64,000 nucleotides of DNA, from positions 224-64,223 of the IMG/VR virus record IMGVR_UViG_3300008262_000201; one strand, written 5' to 3'. The translations under genes and the position numbers were made by a program. Of the stretch, positions 17,468 through 25,918 are shown piece by piece. This DNA comes from a virus (lineage: Duplodnaviria > Caudoviricetes). How positions within the stretch are numbered: the first letter of the stretch is position 1; every line of letters starts with the position of its first letter. The notes under the pieces are model-generated. The model had not been told where the DNA came from and searched no databases. It saw nothing but the letters and a program-made list of their open reading frames with translations.

Positions 17468-17690
17468 TCAGTTCACTCTCCTCTATGAGGATGAGCACAC
17501 TAAACTTCTGTATGAATTCAAGGCTCTTGTTGCTGACGATGTAATCAATCACCTTGTGGATTTTCTCAAGGGTTGTGGCTACATGGAAAGCAGTATCTTT
17601 GAATGCATGAAAGAATCTTCTGAGGCATATTTCGATTCATTACGTACTCAGCAGTACGTAATGAAATGGGACAAGCCTGAAGCAGAATGA
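17451..17690 (+). CDS. conserved cyanophage hypothetical protein
   Basis: EF.A....DV......FLKGCGY motif. Confidence 0.65.
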   Translation: MTPTHDQFTLLYEDEHTKLLYEFKALVADDVINHLVDFLKGCGYMESSIFECMKESSEAYFDSLRTQQYVMKWDKPEAE

Positions 17691-17695
17691 TGATT

Positions 17696-17723
17696 CGTCC
17701 TGAGCATGACGTTAAACTGCTTA
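17696..17723 (+). promoter_or_regulatory. motif B pseudoknot, copy 5
   Basis: CGTC-C-TGAGCA-T-GACG-TTAAAC-TGCTTA. Confidence 0.85.
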
Positions 17724-17743
17724 CTCCTGACTACGAAACAACC

Positions 17744-18760
17744 ATGACTTCTTCGATGACCACCAAGAAAACTTCTGCGCTTGCATCCAGGGGACTTGAT
17801 TCCTTTAAGCTTTTCCAAGCCAAAGAGTTTGTTTCTGGCTACCAGAATCTTGTAACAATTCAACCACTAAACAAATCAAAAGTACGTGGTTGGTTTGTCC
17901 GCAAGTCTGATCTTGATACCTGCGGATGGACTGCTACTGAAGATGAGTTTGCCAATGGTTCCGTCATCTGGAACTATAAGCAGACCTTTGGTATGGCACC
18001 TAATACCTCCATTGAAGAGGGACTTAACTTCACGGAACCTCGCGTCCAGATCTTGTTGCGTTCTCCACTCATGGTGGAAGAGACAACTGGGATGCGTCAA
18101 ACGATTGGCACCTTTGAAGATCCAGAGGTCAAAGCCATGTTTGAAAATGACAAGATTGCATCCGACCTTGCTAACAGCAAGGGCGAGATGTACAAGCGTA
18201 AGTACAGTGTACGTACAAAGTACCTTGTATATATCCTGACCCAGGACAACAAGCGTGCTCATAAGATCCCCATGGTGCTAACACTCAAGGGTCTTAACGG
18301 AACCGATGTTTCCGACAAGGTTAAGCTGTACGAAAAGGAAATGTCTAAATGCCTGAGCAAGGCACTGGACTCTGAGGTACCGCTGGCATTCAACGAGAAG
18401 TTTTACGCCACTACGGTGTTTACTCCCGTCCTTGCCAACGAGATGCGTGGTGCTAACAACGTAGAGATTTGCGCCATCGAATCTTTTGACATCCCTGACT
18501 ACAGCTCCCAAGAGGAAGCGGTTGCATCATTGGGCCGCCTTTCGATTCCTGATGAAGATCGTGAATCGACTTGGAAGTACCAAGGGATGTTTGAAGACTA
18601 TATAAATCAACATTCTCGCCAAGATGCGCAGCGTCTTGGTGGTGCTTACGGAATCAAAGATGGCGTACAGATTCTTCCCGTCTCACGCATCGCAGATGCA
18701 GTTGATGTGAAAGCATTGCCTGCACGCAATGAACTAACCGGAGAAGATCTTAGCCTTTGA
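17744..18760 (+). CDS. DUF5895-like protein (possible DNA annealing/recombination)
   Basis: YLVYIL..DNK..H.IP..LTLKG motif; start moved to after the pseudoknot. Confidence 0.6.
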   Translation: MTSSMTTKKTSALASRGLDSFKLFQAKEFVSGYQNLVTIQPLNKSKVRGWFVRKSDLDTCGWTATEDEFANGSVIWNYKQTFGMAPNTSIEEGLNFTEPRVQILLRSPLMVEETTGMRQTIGTFEDPEVKAMFENDKIASDLANSKGEMYKRKYSVRTKYLVYILTQDNKRAHKIPMVLTLKGLNGTDVSDKVKLYEKEMSKCLSKALDSEVPLAFNEKFYATTVFTPVLANEMRGANNVEICAIESFDIPDYSSQEEAVASLGRLSIPDEDRESTWKYQGMFEDYINQHSRQDAQRLGGAYGIKDGVQILPVSRIADAVDVKALPARNELTGEDLSL

Positions 18761-18989
18761 GGCGGTTCAAGATGTCATGGTCAACTTGATTACTCATCAA
18801 GTCCATGGCATCCTTTACTAATCCTTTAATAGCAACTTGACGCATCGTGGCGATCTTCGTTAGTAAGGTCGCCATTTCTTTTAGCTCACTCATTGAACTG
18901 CATTCGTTAATGGAACGTATCATCTTCTCTTGCCAGAAGGCTTCTTCTGGACCCATTTCAAATTGCAACATGGGATTCAATTGTTTCAA
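18750..18989 (-). CDS. nblA: NblA-like phycobilisome degradation protein
   Basis: EM.PEE.F......R.I.......ELKE....L......RQ..IKGL matches the NblA helix-loop-helix pattern. Confidence 0.55.
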   Translation of the reverse strand: MKQLNPMLQFEMGPEEAFWQEKMIRSINECSSMSELKEMATLLTKIATMRQVAIKGLVKDAMDLMSNQVDHDILNRLKG

Positions 18990-19049
18990 AGTATTCTAAC
19001 TACAACGTAAACTTAATTAAACCTTTTGTTTATGTTAGGGATTCAACAC

Positions 19050-19238
19050 ATGAAACCAGAAGACAAAGCTGCTCTTACCGTCGGTGCTCAAACTGCATTA
19101 GTGACAGCGGCTGCTGCCATCCTTCTGCCTAACCCAGTCTCCTGGGCGGCTGCTATAGTGGCAACGTACCGCATGGCCAAGCGTGCTCGCATCCAATCTC
19201 TGATTGACCAAGGGCAAGCCAAGTACTGGAGGGGGTAA
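19050..19238 (+). CDS. small membrane protein
   Basis: Hydrophobic ALVTAAAAILLPNPVSWAAAIVA. Confidence 0.5.
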   Translation: MKPEDKAALTVGAQTALVTAAAAILLPNPVSWAAAIVATYRMAKRARIQSLIDQGQAKYWRG

Positions 19239-19274
19239 CCACCTGGTACAACACACCAACTCAATTCAAATCAA

Positions 19275-20210
19275 ATGCAAACACAAGTTGAGCTTAATGC
19301 AGCGCAAGCTGCAATCTATACACGCACGAATCTTTCACGTGCCTTTCAAGACTTTGATGACACCGACATTGGTGGCATCTATTTGCGAGGCGATGATTGT
19401 GTTGTGGTGCGTCGCGATGGTAGCGAGCAAGCTTACAACAGGGAACTAATCAAGACTTCCTTTAACAACTACACCCACCGTCTTAAAGATTTCTTTTCCT
19501 ATCTTGGTCCCAATTATCGTGGCCCTAGTGTATGGCACAACAATGCTTACATTCTTTTTAAGGGCTGGAACTACTCACACGCACTCGGACACCTGAGCTC
19601 CCATGCAAAACTACAAGCACACTGGGCTGACAAATTTATACATGTATCAAACACCGACAAAGTCTTGCACCTCCTCCAGTCCGATCAAACGGATATTGGA
19701 CATTTGGTTGCGCCAGACGGATTGCGGCTTCCGAATCGGCCCATTGACATTGACGGTGACATGGAAGCTGACGACTCCGAGCCTGTCATGGGTGAACCTT
19801 GGTGTTCGTGTGGGTCGTATCAGCGTCAGCTCAGCAACGTATCTGACTTTGCGTCCGAGATCCAAGGATTCAAACCCTGGTGCATCCACCTGACTTGGTT
19901 CAACAAGTACAGGGAACTGCTGTGCAAGCGCACCGAAGCACGGAATGCCAGTCCCAGTGGCACACCTGAGAAGTGTGTTGCCTGGTGGTATGCACCACCC
20001 GCTGATCACATCAGTGATGGACGCTTTGTATTGTTGTATACAAACTCAGGTGCACAAGCTCCGCTCAGTCATTGGCGTACCTACAAGCCCAAGGATATCT
20101 TTACCCAGCATGATGCATGGGATCTGTTTTTCAATATGATGGAGGCTGGCTACGTTCCATTCCCTGGTACTGCATTGCCACAACTCAAGTCTGCTGTCAA
20201 AAAACAATGA
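19275..20210 (+). CDS. SWIM zinc-finger protein
   Basis: WCSCGSY...WCIHL (CxC-Xn-CxH). Confidence 0.7.
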   Translation: MQTQVELNAAQAAIYTRTNLSRAFQDFDDTDIGGIYLRGDDCVVVRRDGSEQAYNRELIKTSFNNYTHRLKDFFSYLGPNYRGPSVWHNNAYILFKGWNYSHALGHLSSHAKLQAHWADKFIHVSNTDKVLHLLQSDQTDIGHLVAPDGLRLPNRPIDIDGDMEADDSEPVMGEPWCSCGSYQRQLSNVSDFASEIQGFKPWCIHLTWFNKYRELLCKRTEARNASPSGTPEKCVAWWYAPPADHISDGRFVLLYTNSGAQAPLSHWRTYKPKDIFTQHDAWDLFFNMMEAGYVPFPGTALPQLKSAVKKQ

Positions 20211-20521
20211 CATTTCAAATCGATAATGGCGTTGTTTACCTAGGTACTCAATGCCCCAGTACAATACTCAAAATTGAGTCAAAAGATTCAATGATTGACC
20301 CTGAGCTACGCAAGTATGCAACAGAGTTAGTCAACAAACCTTTTCCAAAACAAATGATGCTATCCAACGGCAAGTACTCACTACACCTTGAACTTGATGA
20401 AGACACTTACTGGGGTCTTGTTAAGCTAGGTGCAGAAATCAAAACTGATTGTGAAACTTATGCAGAACACATCCTCATTGGGCATATTGAATCCGGACTC
20501 GATCAACAAGCTACAGATTGA
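20207..20521 (+). CDS. hypothetical protein
   Basis: ATG 20207 overlaps the upstream stop. Confidence 0.5.
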   Translation: MTFQIDNGVVYLGTQCPSTILKIESKDSMIDPELRKYATELVNKPFPKQMMLSNGKYSLHLELDEDTYWGLVKLGAEIKTDCETYAEHILIGHIESGLDQQATD

Positions 20522-20664
20522 ATGCATTGAAGAAGAGGATGGTTCCATGACCATTCATATCGAATGGGATGAAACAGATCCCGATCTTCAATGGTGGACA
20601 GATCTTGGCGCAGAAGGCCAAGAAACCTTTATGATTAATGCACTCCAACAAGCTTGTGATTGTT

Positions 20665-21051
20665 ATGTCGATTGACACCTACGGCCTTAGCTCTGAGCAG
20701 TACACCGAGTTCTTTCATAAGAACATTCGTGCTGCAGCCAAGCTTTACTTGGATACCTGCAACATTTTGAGCAGCGAAGGGGTCGGCAATGTCGACTTCA
20801 AAACTGTCTCAGAGATGTACCAAGAAGCTGTGTACACTACCAATGATGATTGCCGTCGTTACCAAAAGAGTAACAACCCCGAGGCTCTCAAAGATACTGA
20901 TCTGCTAGGTATCTATCCTTCTAGAGAAGAGCTGTTGGCTGAGATCCAGGCTGTCAATGCCAAGGTCGAAGCACTGAACGACTACGTTGCTGAGTTAGTT
21001 GCGGTCACCACCAAAGGGCTTACCGGCATTGCTGATCGCCTGGTAGACTAA
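20665..21051 (+). CDS. hypothetical protein
   Basis: MSIDTYG start; C-terminal coiled coil. Confidence 0.6.
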   Translation: MSIDTYGLSSEQYTEFFHKNIRAAAKLYLDTCNILSSEGVGNVDFKTVSEMYQEAVYTTNDDCRRYQKSNNPEALKDTDLLGIYPSREELLAEIQAVNAKVEALNDYVAELVAVTTKGLTGIADRLVD

Positions 21052-21073
21052 ACCCGCCGCCCTGCAGGGACGC

Positions 21074-21101
21074 CGTCCTGGTCAAGACGTAAAACTGACC
21101 A
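21074..21101 (+). promoter_or_regulatory. motif B pseudoknot, copy 6
   Basis: CGTC-C-TGGTCA-A-GACG-TAAAAC-TGACCA. Confidence 0.85.
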
Positions 21102-21120
21102 CCCATCTCAACACCACACC

Positions 21121-21234
21121 ATGTTTGAATCCTTGTTTACCGCCGTACTTCCGGTGATCAAAGATTTGTTGTGGGCAGCAGCCGGAGCTCTGCTGACCTA
21201 CGCACTCAACAAATTCCAATTTCAATTCAACTGA
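21121..21234 (+). CDS. 37-aa membrane peptide (not in ORF track)
   Basis: MFESLFTAVLPVIKDLLWAAAGALLTYALNKFQFQFN, 19 nt after the pseudoknot. Confidence 0.6.
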   Translation: MFESLFTAVLPVIKDLLWAAAGALLTYALNKFQFQFN

Positions 21235-21237
21235 ACC

Positions 21238-21957
21238 ATGACTCAAGTTACCCAGGCTAAACTCAAGGACTTATCTGTCATCAAACTCTACGAGCATTAT
21301 GCTGCTCTCGAAAAGTCTTTGCCTCTTCTCACTCCTGAGTCCCAAGAACTGGCTAAAGCAGAGCTTGAGTCTTGCGCCGACTTACGGTCAGAAAAAGTTG
21401 ATCGTATCTATTACGCCATGGCGGCGCATGAGGATGCCCTTGAACGCATCAAGAAAGAAGGCGATCTCATTACGCAATCCAAGCGTCACCACGAATCCCA
21501 GTTGCGGTCGCTGAAAGGCCTGCTAAATTACTTACGTCGAGTCCTTCCTTTGGACTCGAATAAAATCACAGGTCGCAATTATCAGTTCACCTTTGTCCGC
21601 AAAAAAGAACTTACCGTCGAAGTTACCACGGATCCAGAGTTTTGGCACACTCAAGAGCGAACAGATTATTGCATTGAAGAAGAAGTCACAACAACAAAAC
21701 AAGTTGTTGTACGATCAATGTCAGGAGAAGTTCTATCCACTAGAACAGAACCTAAAACCGTCACTAAAATCCTCCCTAATCTCGATGCCATACGCAGCGC
21801 CTATCAAGAAGGTCGGCAACTTCCAACAGGAGTCAAGGTCGTCCAAGAGTACTCTGTCCGTTCCAAACGAATCTTCAGTGAACCCCGAATGGAATTGGTT
21901 TCATCCGAGTATCCAGACGAGCTTCTACGAGAAGATCCCAGCACCGACGAATCTTGA
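21238..21957 (+). CDS. Siphovirus gp157-like coiled-coil protein
   Basis: EKVD.I....IKKE...L...K....SLK.LL.YL; C-terminal P.LDAIR.A...G..LP.GV. Confidence 0.7.
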   Translation: MTQVTQAKLKDLSVIKLYEHYAALEKSLPLLTPESQELAKAELESCADLRSEKVDRIYYAMAAHEDALERIKKEGDLITQSKRHHESQLRSLKGLLNYLRRVLPLDSNKITGRNYQFTFVRKKELTVEVTTDPEFWHTQERTDYCIEEEVTTTKQVVVRSMSGEVLSTRTEPKTVTKILPNLDAIRSAYQEGRQLPTGVKVVQEYSVRSKRIFSEPRMELVSSEYPDELLREDPSTDES

Positions 21958-22198
21958 AGATGCGTGCATCAAGATGGATTGTCATCTACATGCCGTCAAG
22001 GATTTTGAATTGCAACTTGAGATGAACAAGTTGCAGATCGACATGGTTAAAGATGGTGGTGAAGTAGCACCTTATTGTATGGATGAATACGAAGACCTAG
22101 AACAAAAGAAGCTCAAGCTTCTTGTTGGCAAACGGTTTCATCAGAATGCATCCAATGCATACTGGTACTACTTGCAAAAAGAAAAAACAAGTAAGTAA
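21878..22198 (+). CDS. hypothetical protein
   Basis: 3' part of ORF 21593-22198; start uncertain. Confidence 0.5.
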   Translation: MNPEWNWFHPSIQTSFYEKIPAPTNLEDACIKMDCHLHAVKDFELQLEMNKLQIDMVKDGGEVAPYCMDEYEDLEQKKLKLLVGKRFHQNASNAYWYYLQKEKTSK

Positions 22199-22232
22199 AT
22201 GCAAGTACAATAGTTAAAGCTGTAGGAGTTCC

Positions 22233-22496
22233 ATGGGCGGTGATCCAGTCCTTAACAAATTAATTGCTGGGTTTACCCAGGATGGAACTCCTCTTTCCGC
22301 AACGATTGGTTCCAAGATGGAGCATGGTGTTGTCATCTTGACAGCAGCCATGCTTTCTAATGAAAACCTTGCGGCATCAATGGATGCAGAAGAGATGGTA
22401 GATGCTGCCATCAATTACTACAACATTATTCAAAAACGTCTTGGTTATTACCAAGAGCATCAAGCCCATTCATTAGAACGTCTTTTAGGTAGCTGA
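22233..22496 (+). CDS. hypothetical protein
   Basis: AGGAG SD before the ATG. Confidence 0.65.
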   Translation: MGGDPVLNKLIAGFTQDGTPLSATIGSKMEHGVVILTAAMLSNENLAASMDAEEMVDAAINYYNIIQKRLGYYQEHQAHSLERLLGS

Positions 22497-22497
22497 A

Positions 22498-22869
22498 ATG
22501 CCTGACGTATTTGGATTACCCCAAGACAAAGCAGCTAATACTGCTAGCAGATTGGCTAGTCGTTACGATGCCAATACTGCATGGAGCTCTTTGGATGCAA
22601 CGCCTACATGGCAACTTGGCGGAGACATGCGTGAACAATATACCAAACACATTCCACGTCGAGGACGGAATCAAATCTCTGTAGACTTTGACGATATTAC
22701 TATTGATCGCACTCCATCTACTCCTGTGCGTTTTAATGTGTCAGAAGGAATGGGACCTATTCAAATTATGGATATGGCTAAAAATCTTCCTCAAGGTGTG
22801 CAAAATCTAGTTTTAGCTCCAGTGCAAAAAATTGCCGGCAAGTTCATGGTTGGCGGTTTTAACTCCTAA
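22498..22869 (+). CDS. hypothetical protein
   Basis: 123-aa ORF. Confidence 0.55.
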   Translation: MPDVFGLPQDKAANTASRLASRYDANTAWSSLDATPTWQLGGDMREQYTKHIPRRGRNQISVDFDDITIDRTPSTPVRFNVSEGMGPIQIMDMAKNLPQGVQNLVLAPVQKIAGKFMVGGFNS

Positions 22870-22914
22870 TCTGCCAATAAATCTGGTAAGCTAGGACTGT
22901 CATACCCCTTATCA

Positions 22915-23109
22915 ATGGAACCTGTCTACGTACCTAAGCTCACCGTCTCATACGCGGTTGATGTCGAGGTAGCATACAACGCATTCAATGGCAAAACCAT
23001 GGATGAAATTGCTGATTTTATTCAAGACGAAATCCATGACATGTTATTTGACATTGAGCAAGTAACCGGTGTAACCTCTGATAACACTGCTCTTTACTTC
23101 AACGACTGA
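22915..23109 (+). CDS. hypothetical protein
   Basis: Part of a translationally coupled run 22915-23949. Confidence 0.6.
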   Translation: MEPVYVPKLTVSYAVDVEVAYNAFNGKTMDEIADFIQDEIHDMLFDIEQVTGVTSDNTALYFND

Positions 23110-23360
23110 TGATGAACACTGATTACCTTGCTGAGTTTGATCCAAAGGAAGAAGAAAAGACTCAGACTTTTCTTGAACACATGTACAAATGCTCGGGACG
23201 CGAAGATCCGAATCATCCCATGCATAGTCTTTACACTGGGTTGTACCAAGACTTTTGCATAAGGGAAGCTGGTCCTCTTGCTCGTGAGCGTTGGTTTGAA
23301 ATGCAAGAAGCCATTCGCCTTTACGAAGAAAAGAAATTGCAACCCGTCATTCTTGACTGA
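23109..23360 (+). CDS. hypothetical protein
   Basis: HP...LYTGLY motif; coupled. Confidence 0.6.
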   Translation: MMNTDYLAEFDPKEEEKTQTFLEHMYKCSGREDPNHPMHSLYTGLYQDFCIREAGPLARERWFEMQEAIRLYEEKKLQPVILD

Positions 23361-23710
23361 TGGAACATCCTCATGAACCCGTAGATGCCATCAAGGGTTG
23401 GCAAGACTGGTACAAAAAACATCGCATTGTTGCACAAATGGATGAGCCTCTTGTGACTAAAGACTCACGTGAAAACATGCACGACACTGCTGACGCTGTT
23501 AATAGTGCAGCCAAGGCAATGTGGATGAACAAAGCTCAGGAACACTTTGCTGATACCCTTGCTGAGTATCAGTACGAACTTTCTGGCAAAGATCTGTACA
23601 AAGCTTTTTATAAAGCTGCGTACGAAAACGCAGAGGCTGCTCGTAAAGAGTATGAAAAATCAAAAGAGTTGATGGACATGCTTCGTTATAGCAGCCTTGC
23701 ACAAGACTAA
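23360..23710 (+). CDS. hypothetical protein
   Basis: 116-aa coupled ORF. Confidence 0.6.
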   Translation: MEHPHEPVDAIKGWQDWYKKHRIVAQMDEPLVTKDSRENMHDTADAVNSAAKAMWMNKAQEHFADTLAEYQYELSGKDLYKAFYKAAYENAEAARKEYEKSKELMDMLRYSSLAQD

Positions 23711-23949
23711 TGGTGCGTTCCAAAGATCCTGAATATCCTTCGTGGATCTGCCATAGCTGTGGCGAGACCTATGGCACGTGGTACAAACGCGGCTCATACG
23801 TTGGGCCGCCTCATCACTGCGCAACCTTTCATAAGGGAACTTGTGAGATGTGTGAAGCAGAAGATGCGCTTGTTACCGAGCCTCGGGACTATGGACATCT
23901 ACGGGCAGATTGGAGGCGTGCCATGATACAAAGTAAAAACTCCCAGTAA
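23710..23949 (+). CDS. small zinc-finger protein
   Basis: WICHSCG...G.CEMC....VTEPRDYG. Confidence 0.7.
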   Translation: MVRSKDPEYPSWICHSCGETYGTWYKRGSYVGPPHHCATFHKGTCEMCEAEDALVTEPRDYGHLRADWRRAMIQSKNSQ

Positions 23950-23986
23950 ATCAATGCGATAATAAAGAGTATATAGCTTAAATGAC

Positions 23987-25309
23987 ATGCCGTTATATAG
24001 AGACCCACGTCGTAAAGATCTTCTTTATGAAGTTATCAAAGTACAGACGTGTAGTGGGGAACCACTAGAAGTTACAACGGCAAGTGGTACAAGTACTTAC
24101 GTGCAACCTGCTGGTATGGCAGGGGATGCATTTGGACGTACACGTGTATCAGCACCTCTAACTCTCTTTGATTCAAGCCATCGTTACAACGACAATGGCT
24201 TGTGGTCTACGTCCAGTGGTACCGGTGGTACTTCTGCATTCAATGCAAACCAAGGTCTTGTTGAACTCAACGTAACCACTACATCTGGTTCCGAGATCAT
24301 CAGGGAAACAAACAAGGTCTGTTCATATCAACCAGGGAAATCCTTGTTGGCTATGTCAACCTTTGTAATGGATGCTCCAAAAACTAACTTGCGTCAACGC
24401 GTTGGTTACTACGGTGCTTCTAATGGTGTGTACCTAGAGGTCAGTGGTACCACGGGGCCTGCCTTTGTTGAACGCAGTGCTGTAACTGGAAGTGTTACTG
24501 AAACACGTGTACTGCAAGCTAACTGGAACATTGACAAACTAGATGGCAACGGACCCTCAGGTTTTACGCTTGATCTCACCAAGGCTCAAATCCTTTGGTT
24601 TGATATCGAATGGCTTGGCCTTGGTACCGTGCGTGCAGGGTTTGTAATCAATGGTGCATTCATTCACTGCCATTCATTCCATCACGCCAACCTAATTACG
24701 TCCACCTATATAACAACGGCATCTTTGCCGTTGCGTTATGAAATTACTAATGTAGGTACTACGGCAAGCAACAGTACTTTAAAGCAAGTTTGTTCGACAG
24801 TCCTATCGGAAGGTGGATACGAACTACGTGGAGCACAGTCTGCCATTGGTACTCCTATCGCATCACCACGTGATCTAACAGTCATCTCCACTGAGTACCC
24901 TGTTATTTCTATTCGTCTTAAATCAACCCGTCTTGATGCAATTGTTATCTTGACCGCCTTATCAATCATGGGTATTACTAACAATTCAAACTACAACTGG
25001 AAAGTAATTACAGGTGGTACAACCACAGGGGGGTCATGGGATACCACTGGAGCAACTTCTTCGGTTGAGTACAACATCACTGGCACTTCCTTTACCATGG
25101 GGACAGGACGTGTGTTGGCAAGTGGTTTTGCCACTGGTTCTAACCAAGGTTCAACCGTTGTTGACATTCTGAAAGAAGCTTTGTTTTCATTCCAGTTAGA
25201 ACGCAATGGTCTTACCAGTACTCCAACAGAATTAACCTTGGTATGCAGCAGTGCTCAAGCTGGCTCTGATGTCCTTTCTTCCATGGACTGGGAAGAAATC
25301 TCAAGATAA
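23987..25309 (+). CDS. conserved phage protein, probably structural (beta-rich)
   Basis: DAFGR.RVS.P.TLFD, YQPGKS, DIEWLGLG.VR.G; Thr/Ser/Gly-rich. Confidence 0.75.
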   Translation: MPLYRDPRRKDLLYEVIKVQTCSGEPLEVTTASGTSTYVQPAGMAGDAFGRTRVSAPLTLFDSSHRYNDNGLWSTSSGTGGTSAFNANQGLVELNVTTTSGSEIIRETNKVCSYQPGKSLLAMSTFVMDAPKTNLRQRVGYYGASNGVYLEVSGTTGPAFVERSAVTGSVTETRVLQANWNIDKLDGNGPSGFTLDLTKAQILWFDIEWLGLGTVRAGFVINGAFIHCHSFHHANLITSTYITTASLPLRYEITNVGTTASNSTLKQVCSTVLSEGGYELRGAQSAIGTPIASPRDLTVISTEYPVISIRLKSTRLDAIVILTALSIMGITNNSNYNWKVITGGTTTGGSWDTTGATSSVEYNITGTSFTMGTGRVLASGFATGSNQGSTVVDILKEALFSFQLERNGLTSTPTELTLVCSSAQAGSDVLSSMDWEEISR

Positions 25310-25354
25310 GTCGTTGATTTGTTTTTGATAAACTAGAACTATTGATTAAAAGCT

Positions 25355-25918
25355 ATGTATACCCCTGGTCCTCAAACGCAACAACCACCCCAGATGGGGG
25401 TGGAACCACTCAATTCTGGGGTGACTCCAGGACCTCAAGCAAAGCCCAAGGCTCCTGGTAAATCAAAGAATGGTGATGTCGGGGCCTTCATCCAGCAATG
25501 TATCTCCCTTTCCTCCTACCTCAAGGAACTTGAGACACAATCCCATCTCATTCACCTGAACTACGAGGGGCCTAACTTCCTCGGGGTGCATGGGTTCCTT
25601 AAAGACCAGTACGAAGCTCATCTGGAACAGTTCGATACGTTAGGTGAGTTCATCCGCAGCATGGACTATCTGATGCCCATGTGCGCCAGGGGACTGGCTG
25701 ATGCTGGTCCTGGCATCCAACATGTTACCAGCTACAAGGGAACAGAAATGCTTGCCACGTACTACAAGAACTTGGAGGAGCTAGGCATGAAGTCCAAAAA
25801 GCTAGAGCCTATTGCTGCCAAGGTGGGTGCCATTGATATCCAGAACTACATGGCTGAGCTGTGTGGGCAAGCCTTTAAGGCTGCTTGGTTTGTTAAAGCT
25901 ACTTTGCGGAACGGTTGA
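25355..25918 (+). CDS. dps: Dps/ferritin-like protein
   Basis: H.N.EG.NF..VH.FL..QY......D..GE matches the Dps ferroxidase signature. Confidence 0.8.
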   Translation: MYTPGPQTQQPPQMGVEPLNSGVTPGPQAKPKAPGKSKNGDVGAFIQQCISLSSYLKELETQSHLIHLNYEGPNFLGVHGFLKDQYEAHLEQFDTLGEFIRSMDYLMPMCARGLADAGPGIQHVTSYKGTEMLATYYKNLEELGMKSKKLEPIAAKVGAIDIQNYMAELCGQAFKAAWFVKATLRNG

